The notes: generated by a model not told the origin, from the letters alone. A DNA stretch of 64,000 nt from a virus (IMGVR_UViG_3300026549_000032:64001-128000); one strand, 5' to 3'; numbered from the stretch's first letter, positions 28,731 to 38,567 are shown. Program-made: numbers and translations.

Positions 28731-30209
28731 ATGTGTGGCATATTTTCGATAATTAACTCGAAACCACGTAAATTTGACTATACGACCTTTTGTGTATTAG
28801 GAGTTAATAATGACTCTCGCGGAGGTGATAGTTGTGGAGTATTCATTGACGGACTTTGGGAAGTCGGAGTAGATAAAAAGAAAGAATTCCGAGACTTTTT
28901 CAAGGAGAGTTCCGTCCTGAATCGAATTAAAGGTAAGAACGTAAGTATCGCCCTCGGACATTGTCGAAAGGCATCTGTCGGTGGCGTATCAGATAAGACG
29001 GCTCAGCCTGTAGTCTTAACGGACAAGGCAGGGAACGCCAAGTTTGTAATGATTCACAATGGCACCATTCATAACTATGAAGAGCTCGCCAAGAAGTATA
29101 TCCCGAAGATAGATATCAAGGGTCTGACCGATTCTCAGGTCATGGCTAGAATATTCTATTACAAGGGCTATGACTGTCTGTCCGAATATAACGGCGGATC
29201 AGTATTCTTGATTGTGGATTATAGACAACCTGAGCCAAGAATCCTCATATTCAGAGGAGCTAGTAAGAAGTATTCAACTTCTACAACCATCGAGGAAGAG
29301 AGACCATTCTACTTCATCCAGAACAAGAATGAGTTTGTCTGCTCTTCCATCGACAAGTATTTAGAGGTACTCCGTCCAGACGATGAAGTATTCACCGTTG
29401 AGGATAATGTCCTGATTCAGGTACTTCCTGGTGACATTGTAAATGTTAAGTCTTATGACCGTAGCAATTGTCAGCAGAGCAAGGTTGTCAACTATACTAC
29501 CAGTAATTCTTATGGAACTGTTTGGCAGGGCAACCAAGGCGGAAGTACTTATGGTGGCACTTATTATCAGGGTGGTGGCTATCGTGGAGGTGCTGGTGTT
29601 GGACATACAACTCCGGCCGTTGGTTCTGAATTTAACAGAGGAGGCACGTCAACGGGGAGCTCTATTGACAGAGTCACCTCGATTGGGCCCAAGTTTCTCA
29701 GACCCGACAAAACCACAAACATCTACTTCACAGACAAAGCCAAAACAATCCCCGCCCACGGACAGCTCTCAATCAACGACTTCGGCCGCATGTATACAGG
29801 AGAAGCTGCCAAAGAGGAATCCTCACATACAGTCAAAGAGATCTGGTTTTTTAACGGGATTGCTCTCTTGGATGTTGAGTATTTTAGATTCCTCGAGTTC
29901 GCATTGAAGAAGTCGAAGATGAGTAAGGAAGAGTTTATGACGAAGTATCAGAACCTGATCAGGTTTGTGAGCCTCGATAAGCTCTACTCTATGAACGGAT
30001 CATTCCATCTTGCGACTGGCTTCTCCTCTCACAGACCATTCACTGGTGAATTCCAGATGATAGGTGATTCATTCGTTAGCGAGTTCAAGGACGGTCAGAC
30101 TTCATGTTATCGAAACATAAAGAACTATGATCATCCATTGGACCTATTGGGAACCAAAGGAATAAGTGTAACCAAACTCTATAAACGATGCAAGTCATTG
30201 ATGAAGTAA
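28731..30209 (+). CDS. Class II (Ntn) glutamine amidotransferase domain protein
   Basis: MCGIF N-terminus, RGGDSCG, GHCRKAS, HNGTI, TDSQ. Confidence 0.9.
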   Translation: MCGIFSIINSKPRKFDYTTFCVLGVNNDSRGGDSCGVFIDGLWEVGVDKKKEFRDFFKESSVLNRIKGKNVSIALGHCRKASVGGVSDKTAQPVVLTDKAGNAKFVMIHNGTIHNYEELAKKYIPKIDIKGLTDSQVMARIFYYKGYDCLSEYNGGSVFLIVDYRQPEPRILIFRGASKKYSTSTTIEEERPFYFIQNKNEFVCSSIDKYLEVLRPDDEVFTVEDNVLIQVLPGDIVNVKSYDRSNCQQSKVVNYTTSNSYGTVWQGNQGGSTYGGTYYQGGGYRGGAGVGHTTPAVGSEFNRGGTSTGSSIDRVTSIGPKFLRPDKTTNIYFTDKAKTIPAHGQLSINDFGRMYTGEAAKEESSHTVKEIWFFNGIALLDVEYFRFLEFALKKSKMSKEEFMTKYQNLIRFVSLDKLYSMNGSFHLATGFSSHRPFTGEFQMIGDSFVSEFKDGQTSCYRNIKNYDHPLDLLGTKGISVTKLYKRCKSLMK

Positions 30210-31447
30210 CAAGGAACGAGGTTAACTCCAAAAATTGCAAACGAATAATCGTTGGCTGGGAGAAGGAAGGAGGTTGGATAGAAGGTTATACCTCTCATGT
30301 GGATAAGTGCATACCAGCATGTATCCAGTATAAAGATGGGAGGATAGAGGAACGCCTGATCCTAGGAAGCTCCGAGGCTGGTAAGAATGTGTTTTTCAGT
30401 AATCTCAATGGACGCTATATGTGTCGATTGGGAATGGATAACGAGACTTACCTGAGGGAGAGATATACTAGAGGTAATGGTGCATTCCCGTACCACTTCG
30501 AAAGAAGGTATGAAGCCGTGGAGAACTTCAGTCTCTTTAATCGAAAGCAGAAGATTGTTGGGACTAAGAAGACAAAGTATCCGATCTCTAAGCACTTGAA
30601 GTATACGTTTGGATTGGAATTCGAGACCAGTGAAGGTTATATTCCAGAGGACCTCTGTTTCAGAGATGGACTAATTCCTCTCAGGGATGGTTCCATAAGC
30701 GGTCTTGAGTATTCAACGGTTGTACTAGAGGGAAACAATGGTATATCCCTGCTTCATCAGAGCTTACATGACCTGAGGAAGTATACTGGTTTTAATAAGG
30801 AGTGTTCCTTGCATATTCATATGGGAGGATATCCACTAGAGCCAGATAGGATATATGCCCTCTATGTGACGTGTTATCGTCTACAACCGGCTCTCCAAAA
30901 CATCTTACCTGCTTTGACATTCCGCACAAGCAAATATAAAGCAAGTGGAAAGGATTATTGCAACCTGATGCCAGCGTTCTATAGTTTCGACGAACTATTC
31001 CAAGGACTAGTAGGGCGCAGGTATATGGGATCATTGGTACAGCCACATCCTAATGATATCGAAAGAAAAAGAAAGTGGCAAATTAATACGCGCTATTTCT
31101 GGTTGAACCTGATTAACATGATATGTTATGATGTTAACAAAACAGTTGAGTTCAGGTTCCTTAGACCTACTTACAATTTTAGAAAGATAGTGACTTGGAT
31201 CTATATCTTCAATGGTATCCTAAAGTTCTGTGAGGAGAATTGGAGATTCATAAGTCACGACCTAAGCAAGCCTCTCTCTTTGGTAGAGATTATGAGGCGA
31301 GCATATCCTAAAGATGTTGCTGATAAGATTGAAGGCGAGATTATTAAGTTGTCAATACTCGTGCAGAATCAGCACAAGAATGGTGATAATATTGGCCAGG
31401 ATATCTCCTTTGAGGAAGAGCTCTTCCCTGAGGATGTCCTACTATGA
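30188..31447 (+). CDS. Putative amidoligase (COOH-NH2 ligase)
   Basis: FGLEFET, RDGSI, EYST, CSLHIH, RYFWLN, TVEFR. Confidence 0.85.
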   Translation: MQVIDEVTRNEVNSKNCKRIIVGWEKEGGWIEGYTSHVDKCIPACIQYKDGRIEERLILGSSEAGKNVFFSNLNGRYMCRLGMDNETYLRERYTRGNGAFPYHFERRYEAVENFSLFNRKQKIVGTKKTKYPISKHLKYTFGLEFETSEGYIPEDLCFRDGLIPLRDGSISGLEYSTVVLEGNNGISLLHQSLHDLRKYTGFNKECSLHIHMGGYPLEPDRIYALYVTCYRLQPALQNILPALTFRTSKYKASGKDYCNLMPAFYSFDELFQGLVGRRYMGSLVQPHPNDIERKRKWQINTRYFWLNLINMICYDVNKTVEFRFLRPTYNFRKIVTWIYIFNGILKFCEENWRFISHDLSKPLSLVEIMRRAYPKDVADKIEGEIIKLSILVQNQHKNGDNIGQDISFEEELFPEDVLL

Positions 31448-31465
31448 GAAAGAAAAAGAAACGGT

Positions 31466-31732
31466 TTAGCACACCGTTTTCTTTTCGAATGGATTTTCTA
31501 TGATCATATAGGCAGCAGGGATATAGAGAACGTCATCTCCTTCCTCTGCATACATATTCTCCGCATTCGCTGGGGAGGTTTTAACAGCCATGAGAATCTC
31601 TGGGACAACTGTGTTCCCAATGATTATGTCCTGTTTAGCATAGAGAAGCATTGTCCCAATGGGAATACTCTCCCAATCCTTTTTGTAATCGTTAGGATTG
31701 CTATAATCACTCTGTCTTATCCACTCCATCAT
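31466..31732 (-). CDS. Hypothetical protein
   Basis: First ATG of the ORF at 31732. Confidence 0.6.
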   Translation of the reverse strand: MMEWIRQSDYSNPNDYKKDWESIPIGTMLLYAKQDIIIGNTVVPEILMAVKTSPANAENMYAEEGDDVLYIPAAYMIIENPFEKKTVC

Positions 31733-32006
31733 ACTTCTTAAGTCTTTCTTTGAGTCGTTCAATTTTTCTAGCTTTCTCTTCGATAAAAGCGGGCTCTACA
31801 TTAAATGCAACGAGCATTTGTTCTACCATGATACTAACGTCCGCGAGTTCTGTAACAATATCGGGAAGTTCAACTCTTCCTCGTCTATACTTACAGATTG
31901 CGTTGGCCAATTCACTCATCTCCTCTAGGAGCATGAATACTTGGTCCTCAATGCCCCACTTAGAGAGGGCTTCAATGTAAACTTCTATGTCTTCTTTCTT
32001 TAACAT
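31707..32006 (-). CDS. MazG-like nucleotide pyrophosphohydrolase
   Basis: EEMSELA...ELADV motif. Confidence 0.85.
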   Translation of the reverse strand: MLKKEDIEVYIEALSKWGIEDQVFMLLEEMSELANAICKYRRGRVELPDIVTELADVSIMVEQMLVAFNVEPAFIEEKARKIERLKERLKKYDGVDKTE

Positions 32007-32215
32007 TAATTAAGTTTATAAATTTTACCACACTTGGGGCACCGATACGTTGAAATACCGAGCCCTTCTTCGTTTACATTCTGTGCAATTAAGTCGCACT
32101 TAGTCTTACAATCCTCACAAAGGACAACATCTTCGCCATTCCCTCCTGCAAGGATAGCAGCGAGAGCTAGAACTACCACTGCTCCGATTAATGCTAATAC
32201 TAAAGTAATAATCAT
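32006..32215 (-). CDS. Membrane-anchored zinc-ribbon protein
   Basis: N-terminal TM; CxxC...CPKCG. Confidence 0.7.
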   Translation of the reverse strand: MIITLVLALIGAVVVLALAAILAGGNGEDVVLCEDCKTKCDLIAQNVNEEGLGISTYRCPKCGKIYKLN

Positions 32216-32232
32216 AAGCTTTAAGTTTTAAT

Positions 32233-32265
32233 CATGAATAAGGACCTGGGACTTCCTTAGTAGTG
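32233..32265. promoter_or_regulatory. Divergent putative promoter pair (CCTTATTCATG minus; CCTTAGTAGTG plus)
   Basis: Boxes 11 nt apart. Confidence 0.65.
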
Positions 32266-32269
32266 AAAT

Positions 32270-32818
32270 ATGAAAAAGATAATAGCAAAATTGATTTTAA
32301 CAGTATTACGGTGGAAAATTATAGATAATGTTAAACCCACTAATCCAAGTGTGATCCTATTCGCACCCCATACATCCTTTGCTGACGGATTCTTGGGAAA
32401 ACTCTTCTTCTGGGCACTCGGCCTGAAGCATAAACTGATTATGACCGACAAGTATTTCTATTGGTGGTCTGCACCTATTCTCAAGTTCTTTGGATTTGTA
32501 CCCGTCGGAAGTAAGAGTAGTAGGAATGCCATCATAGACGCGGCGAAAACCATTAGGGAGGATGGAAATTCTATTCTGATATGCCCTGAGGGTCACCTTC
32601 GAGCCGTGGAAGATTGGAATCCTGGAGTATACTTGATAGCAAAGAAAGCAGAATGCCCAGTAGTCTTCGCAGTTTTAGATTATAAGAATAAGCAAGGAGG
32701 ATTACTCGATGTGATGGGACCCGAAGAGATAACCTGGAACGGAATAAAAGAAAAGTCTTGGGACTTATATTCCCCAATCCAAGCGAAACACCCAGAGAAA
32801 TTTCTACTCCCCAAATAA
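32270..32818 (+). CDS. PlsC-family lysophospholipid acyltransferase
   Basis: APHTSFAD (HX4D), ICPEG, GVYLIAKKAECPV. Confidence 0.85.
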   Translation: MKKIIAKLILTVLRWKIIDNVKPTNPSVILFAPHTSFADGFLGKLFFWALGLKHKLIMTDKYFYWWSAPILKFFGFVPVGSKSSRNAIIDAAKTIREDGNSILICPEGHLRAVEDWNPGVYLIAKKAECPVVFAVLDYKNKQGGLLDVMGPEEITWNGIKEKSWDLYSPIQAKHPEKFLLPK

Positions 32819-32829
32819 AAAGAGAACCA

Positions 32830-33390
32830 TTATTGGCTCTCTTCTTTTTTACTCTCCTCGATCATCTCTAGGAATTGTTTTCTACCTTCCATTCCTTTCT
32901 GACCAAAGGATCCTATATATTCTTCTCCGTTTTCCATGTTTATGGCTTCGAACTTCTGTGAGATTCCTCTGAAACCGGGCCAGTCATTCCACAGGGCTAT
33001 TGGATATACAACTCTATGTTCCTCAGAGTACTTATCAAGTTGGTCTAAGAGACTCTGCTGGATATCCCTTGGCTCTGGATCAAAGTCATTCTGGTACTCA
33101 GTGTACATTTCTGACCAGAGAATTAACTCTTTGACAACCCCTAAGAAGTCAGACCAAGCTTTATGGACAACTTCAATGGGATGTTGTTTGATAGGTTCCG
33201 GGTCTAAGTTCCAGCCCTGTTCTATTGTTCTGAACTTAATCGGTTCAATAGCTTTTAGGGCTTTCTCCAGGAGCTCTTCATACTCCTTACACCACTGCTC
33301 TTCTTCGAAAAGTTCACCATCTAATGCTTGCCAGACTTGCCTCATACAGCATCTTTTCTTTTGTTGTACTGATACTTGACGAGTTGCCAC
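32830..33390 (-). CDS. Hypothetical protein
   Basis: ORF; start may be at MRQVW. Confidence 0.6.
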   Translation of the reverse strand: MATRQVSVQQKKRCCMRQVWQALDGELFEEEQWCKEYEELLEKALKAIEPIKFRTIEQGWNLDPEPIKQHPIEVVHKAWSDFLGVVKELILWSEMYTEYQNDFDPEPRDIQQSLLDQLDKYSEEHRVVYPIALWNDWPGFRGISQKFEAINMENGEEYIGSFGQKGMEGRKQFLEMIEESKKEESQ

Positions 33391-33836
33391 CAGAGATACT
33401 TGATATCCTCTTGTAGTTCTCTGGCTACCTTAAGCTGATGATTATCGGGGCCATAGTTAATAATGGTCTCTTTATTCTCCTCAAACTTCGCCTTATCCGC
33501 CAGTCCTTCCTTCATGAGAGACATACAGGTTGTGAGATACCTCTTACCATTGCCAGTCACCATGAGCTGCTCAATCCATTCCCATACCATCTGAGCAAGA
33601 CCATCAGTCTTAATGGCTTTTACATACTTAATCTCTAAGTACTCCTCTGGGTGACCCCAAAGTTTAATCTTGCTGTAGTACTGGTTTTCGGTTGGAGCGA
33701 TACATTTCCTTGATCGTTGGCCGACAGTTGAGCACCATTTAGTCCATAGGGCACAATGGCGACACTTTTTCTTTACGTCTTTGGCTTCTAGTAATTCAGT
33801 ATTCTCCGTTAAGTTTTCCAAGATGTTTGTTGACAT
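33342..33836 (-). CDS. Hypothetical Cys-containing protein
   Basis: CRHC...C...C. Confidence 0.65.
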   Translation of the reverse strand: MSTNILENLTENTELLEAKDVKKKCRHCALWTKWCSTVGQRSRKCIAPTENQYYSKIKLWGHPEEYLEIKYVKAIKTDGLAQMVWEWIEQLMVTGNGKRYLTTCMSLMKEGLADKAKFEENKETIINYGPDNHQLKVARELQEDIKYLWWQLVKYQYNKRKDAV

Positions 33837-33840
33837 GTCT

Positions 33841-34104
33841 TTATGCTTTTTTATGAATCGTTACTCGTCTGATTTTTAGGTTAGCATCCCACTCACACTG
33901 CGGGCACTTAAGTTTAATCATACCTTCTGTGACTTCGGCATCCTCAAGGTGCTCTAGTTTCCAAATCTGTTCGTCACTAAGGTTTGAGTCTAGAGTAATG
34001 TGAACTGGATGACCGCAAGCGGGGCAGTGATCCTTATCTTGATCATCAAAGATACGACCATCCTTTGTAGTTCCTTTGATTCGTAATAGGTCTTTAATCT
34101 CCAT
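33841..34104 (-). CDS. Zinc-ribbon protein
   Basis: CPACG and CPQC. Confidence 0.7.
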   Translation of the reverse strand: MEIKDLLRIKGTTKDGRIFDDQDKDHCPACGHPVHITLDSNLSDEQIWKLEHLEDAEVTEGMIKLKCPQCEWDANLKIRRVTIHKKA

Positions 34105-36016
34105 ATTCTTTTAATTGTTTAAACCATTCATACTGATTAGCATCACTTGGCATTCTCCAATCACCTCTTGGGCTTAAGGAGATTGAACCAATCTTAGGTC
34201 CATCAGGGAGACAGCTTCTCTTAAACTGTTGGCTGAAGAATCGATTGATAAATACTTGCAACCACTGTTTAAGGTCTGCTCTCGTATAGTCCTTACTCCA
34301 ACCTTCTCTGGTGTGCTCTGCCAGGTACATAATCTTAGCAGGACCATAACCATGACGAAGCATATTATACAGGAAGAAGTCATGGAGCTCGTAAGGACCA
34401 ATCTTATCTTCCGTTACCTGAGCGTCTTGTCCACCGGCTCCAGAACCAGTAAGCTCTGGACTAACTGGAGTGTCAAGGATATCCATGAGAGTGTCATGAA
34501 GTTCTCTATTGGATACCATAACCCAGCTAGCGTACCAGCCAATGAGCTTCTTGATGAGAGTTTTGGGAACACTAGCATTTACACCATACATACTCATGTG
34601 GTCGGCATTGTAAGTACACCAACCAAGAGCAAGTTCCGATAGGTCACCAGTTCCGATAACCAGGCCTTTCTCCTGATTAGATAGGTTCATGAGGATTTGT
34701 GTTCTACTACGTGCCTGTACATTTTCATAGGTAACATCCTGTGTGGTCAAGTCATGACTAAGGGCCTTGAGTTCAGCGGTAGCCATGTCGACGATACTTA
34801 TCTCTCTAGTGTCAATCCCAAAGGCCTTCATCAGGGCCCAAGAGTTCTTCTTCGTTCTCTCACTGGTTGCAAATCCAGGCATAGTCACGCCAATGACGTC
34901 AGAGACGGGATTCCCTAACATCTTCATAGCTTCTATGGCTACAATCAATGCCCAGGTAGAGTCTGATCCACCAGAGATACCTATGACAGGTTTCATTCTA
35001 GTGTGGTATAGTCTCTTAGCTAGGGCAGCGGACTGCATTGTCAAGATATCTTTGCAACGATCATCTAGTTCTTTGCCTGTTGGGACGAATGGTTTAGGAT
35101 TCCACTCTCTCACTGTATCACCTTCACCAATGATGGATCCTGGGATCTGCCATTTTGTCACATCTCTTGGATTATAGTCGGCCCTGAACTGACGGAATGT
35201 CGTATTGACTGCACGTTCGTTCCTGAGAGACTCTAGGTCTATGTCATTCACAACAATCTGACCACCAGTATTGGCGACTAGGGATCTGTTGTTCTGAGCC
35301 AAGAGCTTACCATTCTCAAAGATCAGGGCATTTCCCTGATAGACTAGATCTTGAGTAGATTCACCAAAACCAGAGCTAGCGTATACATAACCACAAATGT
35401 GGTCTGCACTTCTCTGACGAAGCATGGACACTAAGTACTGATGTTTGCCAATGAGCTCATTGCTTGTGGAGAGGTTGAAGATAACCTCAGCTCCAGCCTG
35501 AACCATAGTCGTACATGGCGGATAGGGAGCCCAAACGTCTTCACAAATCTCAACACCAAACTTCACGCCATCTTCTGACTCAAAGACGCGGAAGGGGAAG
35601 TTATCACGACTGAACCATCGAGGCTCATAGAACTCTTTATAACCTGGAAGATTTCTCTTACCAACGGCCTTAACGACTTCACCTTTGTAGATGACCAGGG
35701 CGGTATTGAAGATTGGTTCATTTCTGTCCGCTCTAGCAGGAGCACCAACAATAATAACCTGCTTGTGATTCTTTGTATGTTCACAGATATCTGCAACACC
35801 ATTTTCGGCAGCTTCAATGAGACATTCCTGGAAGAATAAGTCACCGCACGAATAGCCAGTTACACAGAGTTCCGGGAAAACGATTATATCAACTCCTTGT
35901 TCTTCTGACTTATCAAGGAGTTCTATTATTTTACTAACATTATAGGATACATTTCCTACAGTTACTTCTGGAATAGCTGCTGCTACTCTTAATAATTTTG
36001 CTTGTTTCCTGTTCAT
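34094..36016 (-). CDS. nadE: Glutamine-dependent NAD+ synthetase
   Basis: Nitrilase-like domain (FPEL, K, EICED) + GISGGSDST, ENVQARSR, GTGDLSE, QQFKRSCLPDGPK. Confidence 0.95.
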   Translation of the reverse strand: MNRKQAKLLRVAAAIPEVTVGNVSYNVSKIIELLDKSEEQGVDIIVFPELCVTGYSCGDLFFQECLIEAAENGVADICEHTKNHKQVIIVGAPARADRNEPIFNTALVIYKGEVVKAVGKRNLPGYKEFYEPRWFSRDNFPFRVFESEDGVKFGVEICEDVWAPYPPCTTMVQAGAEVIFNLSTSNELIGKHQYLVSMLRQRSADHICGYVYASSGFGESTQDLVYQGNALIFENGKLLAQNNRSLVANTGGQIVVNDIDLESLRNERAVNTTFRQFRADYNPRDVTKWQIPGSIIGEGDTVREWNPKPFVPTGKELDDRCKDILTMQSAALAKRLYHTRMKPVIGISGGSDSTWALIVAIEAMKMLGNPVSDVIGVTMPGFATSERTKKNSWALMKAFGIDTREISIVDMATAELKALSHDLTTQDVTYENVQARSRTQILMNLSNQEKGLVIGTGDLSELALGWCTYNADHMSMYGVNASVPKTLIKKLIGWYASWVMVSNRELHDTLMDILDTPVSPELTGSGAGGQDAQVTEDKIGPYELHDFFLYNMLRHGYGPAKIMYLAEHTREGWSKDYTRADLKQWLQVFINRFFSQQFKRSCLPDGPKIGSISLSPRGDWRMPSDANQYEWFKQLKEYGD

Positions 36017-36036
36017 GTTTGTTTCGTTATAATAAT

Positions 36037-36064
36037 CACCAATAAGGCTTACACCTTAAAGATG
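36037..36064. promoter_or_regulatory. Divergent putative promoter pair (CCTTATTGGTG minus; CCTTAAAGATG plus)
   Basis: Boxes 6 nt apart. Confidence 0.65.
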
Positions 36065-36065
36065 T

Positions 36066-36449
36066 ATGAACGAGAAATTAGTACTTTTATCAAAAAAATA
36101 TATACCGTCCTTCGATACCGTCGACAAGATTATCGAGAGCTATGATATAAGAAGCAAAGTCGTAAAGGAGGTTGCCGAGAAGATGGTTAGAGATGTCTTG
36201 GATGAAGAGATCCTTAGGACAACGCCAATCTATTTCCACCACTTCTATTGTGGAGAATGGAGAAACCCTCTAACGAGCCGTGCTTTTGATATAGGAGGTG
36301 CAGTATTTAGGGTAGCCGGGGTAATGTTCACTTTGAATAGACTTTTTGGTCCGAATCAAAAGCCTGTGTACGATATTATAGTGGGTGATAGCTTAGAAGA
36401 AGAGATAGAAGGAGACGTTATAAGAAAGAAAATAAAAAGAGAGGGTTAG
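36066..36449 (+). CDS. Hypothetical protein
   Basis: 127 aa. Confidence 0.7.
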   Translation: MNEKLVLLSKKYIPSFDTVDKIIESYDIRSKVVKEVAEKMVRDVLDEEILRTTPIYFHHFYCGEWRNPLTSRAFDIGGAVFRVAGVMFTLNRLFGPNQKPVYDIIVGDSLEEEIEGDVIRKKIKREG

Positions 36450-36461
36450 CTCTCTTTCTTT

Positions 36462-36794
36462 TTACCAGGATTCAATGAAAGTGAAGACATAGGCTGGATT
36501 ACTGTTATCGTCAGATCCCCTATAGTCATCTATGTAGTAAGACTTCTTTGGGATATATCCTGAGTCCATAGGTTCAATCCTATAGCCAACCATTCCCCTA
36601 TCTCTGACTATTTCAACTAAGCGAAATCCTTTTGGCAGTCTAATTATTGCTTTCTGCCTAGAATCCTTTGTAATTTCAGCTGTATAGTCTTCTAGGGCTA
36701 CTGTATTTTCTACCGTTTCAATCTTTGTCTCACACCCTAGAAAGAGAGTGAGGATCAAGAATAAACTACCAACTTTCGATAATTTCTTTAACAT
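36462..36794 (-). CDS. Lipoprotein, paralog 2
   Basis: FLGC lipobox; EDYT, LPKGFR, MDSGY.PKKS, IESW shared with neighbour. Confidence 0.75.
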   Translation of the reverse strand: MLKKLSKVGSLFLILTLFLGCETKIETVENTVALEDYTAEITKDSRQKAIIRLPKGFRLVEIVRDRGMVGYRIEPMDSGYIPKKSYYIDDYRGSDDNSNPAYVFTFIESW

Positions 36795-37080
36795 ATGTAT
36801 GTTCTGTATCATTGTACCTCTGATATATTATACTTTTCTTAGGGACATAACCAGAATCCATTTCTGTCATAGCAATAATGATGGCACAGCCACTTTCTTT
36901 GCTAAATCCAGAAAACCGGAATCCTTTGGGAAGATATATAGTCTCTTTCTCACAGCTCCCCGGTGGGGTGTTTCCAGTGTAATCCTCTATAATAGTTTCT
37001 ACTGGTTTGGGTACGTCATTAGGTTCATAACACCCAACAAATAATGTTGCTATTAAAATTGCAAATACTGTTTTCTTCAT
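36766..37080 (-). CDS. Lipoprotein, paralog 1
   Basis: MKKTVFAILIATLFVGC lipobox; start at ATG 37080. Confidence 0.8.
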   Translation of the reverse strand: MKKTVFAILIATLFVGCYEPNDVPKPVETIIEDYTGNTPPGSCEKETIYLPKGFRFSGFSKESGCAIIIAMTEMDSGYVPKKSIIYQRYNDTEHTYVKEIIESW

Positions 37081-37082
37081 AT

Positions 37083-37108
37083 CATAAGTAAGGTATTCCT
37101 TATTCATG
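37083..37108. promoter_or_regulatory. Divergent putative promoter pair (CCTTACTTATG minus; CCTTATTCATG plus)
   Basis: Boxes only 4 nt apart. Confidence 0.65.
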
Positions 37109-37132
37109 ATAAAACAAAAAAGGAAGAAAATT

Positions 37133-37774
37133 ATGAAATACATTAGTGCAAGTGGCTATCAAAGATTTATAGGATTATGTAATAAGAAAGGCCACAAATT
37201 TAAAACAAATAAGTTTGGAGTAACCTGGTGTGTTAGGTGTGGAGCAGTAGGTCCTTGGACTATTGATGATCCCATCACAGAGGATGATCGTTTCATAGTA
37301 GTTCCCGACGAAGATCCTCGCCTTGGTCTTATTCCAGGTCGAGTAGTGGGAGTGGATGTAGATGCTACTATATTTCAGGATGAGTTTCCGCAGTGTGGTG
37401 ATCCAGTTCCTGGTGCCATCGAGGTTCTTAAGGAGCTTCAAAAGTACCATCAGAAGATTCTTCTCCATACTATGCGAGAACACGAACCATTCGGGAATTG
37501 TCCTGATGTCCTGCAAGTTGCCTTAGACAGACTGGCGGCAGAGGGAATTGAGATATATGCAGTAAACGAGTTCCCTCGTGTTGATAATCCCTATTATCCA
37601 AGCAGGAAGACATATGCTGACGTATACATAGACGATCATAACGTGGGAATACCACTCATCGACTATGTCAACTCTAAAGGTGAACACTCTCCTTACGTAG
37701 ATTGGAGAGCTATTGATAAGTGGTTTGTTGACAATAAATACTACCCAGCCTGTGTTTTGGAAGCCGGACAATAA
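37133..37774 (+). CDS. HAD-superfamily phosphatase (BT0820-like) with N-terminal Cys/His domain
   Basis: GVDVDATI, LHTMR, KTYADVYIDD; C...H...CxxC N-terminus. Confidence 0.8.
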   Translation: MKYISASGYQRFIGLCNKKGHKFKTNKFGVTWCVRCGAVGPWTIDDPITEDDRFIVVPDEDPRLGLIPGRVVGVDVDATIFQDEFPQCGDPVPGAIEVLKELQKYHQKILLHTMREHEPFGNCPDVLQVALDRLAAEGIEIYAVNEFPRVDNPYYPSRKTYADVYIDDHNVGIPLIDYVNSKGEHSPYVDWRAIDKWFVDNKYYPACVLEAGQ

Positions 37775-38291
37775 CTATTTCTTATGGTTCTTAATACATA
37801 ACGACTTTTTTGGTGGGTGGACATATTACTATCTCTTCCCAACCTATCTCCTACTCCCAGAGGACAAGAATATTCTTGATATCCCACACTTCTTGACAGA
37901 GGAGAGTGTGAACAAAGTTAAGAGTTGGGGAAAAGGAACACACGAAGTACCAGTCTGGCTTGAGGCTCATGGTACAACTACTTTCGAGAAGAAAAGGAAG
38001 AAGTGGGCACCAAAACTAGAAAGCATCCTAGAGAATGTAAACTATGAACAAAGATGTTCGGTTGTTAGGTCTAGGCAATCTCTAAGCCCCGATCTCTGCA
38101 TAAAGATAGTATCAAAAGAGATAAACCTCTGGCGAGGACATGGAGGAGACTGTGTTGTTGATGCTGGTAAAGTAAAAGCACCAGACGATTGGAAGTACGT
38201 GGAGATGGTAGGAGATCCAGAACACTTCCCAAACGATTACCTACAATATTTACTAAGAGATGGAAAAAGATTTGGAGAAACTGAAGCTTAG
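37713..38291 (+). CDS. Hypothetical protein
   Basis: ORF, start uncertain. Confidence 0.55.
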   Translation: MISGLLTINTTQPVFWKPDNNYFLWFLIHNDFFGGWTYYYLFPTYLLLPEDKNILDIPHFLTEESVNKVKSWGKGTHEVPVWLEAHGTTTFEKKRKKWAPKLESILENVNYEQRCSVVRSRQSLSPDLCIKIVSKEINLWRGHGGDCVVDAGKVKAPDDWKYVEMVGDPEHFPNDYLQYLLRDGKRFGETEA

Positions 38292-38529
38292 AATAACTTA
38301 TGCTATGTGGCGTGAGTATGCTAGGAAGATAACAGCCGTAACCCAGGACATAGAACAAAAGAAAACATCTGCCAGGACTAAAGAAGACTTTGCAGCTAAA
38401 GAGGCGTGGAGAGAAATCAAGCACCTCAAAGAAGTTCGTGTTTATTATGGGAAGAGGGCTAAAAAATATAAGAAAGATTTTAGATCCATGAATAGGGCCT
38501 ATTCGATGAAAAAGAAAGGAGAGAATTAA
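38260..38529 (+). CDS. Small basic protein
   Basis: Lys/Arg-rich. Confidence 0.6.
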   Translation: MEKDLEKLKLRITYAMWREYARKITAVTQDIEQKKTSARTKEDFAAKEAWREIKHLKEVRVYYGKRAKKYKKDFRSMNRAYSMKKKGEN

Positions 38530-38567
38530 CTCTCCCTCTTTTTTTTCGGAACCTCATTACAGAGGTG

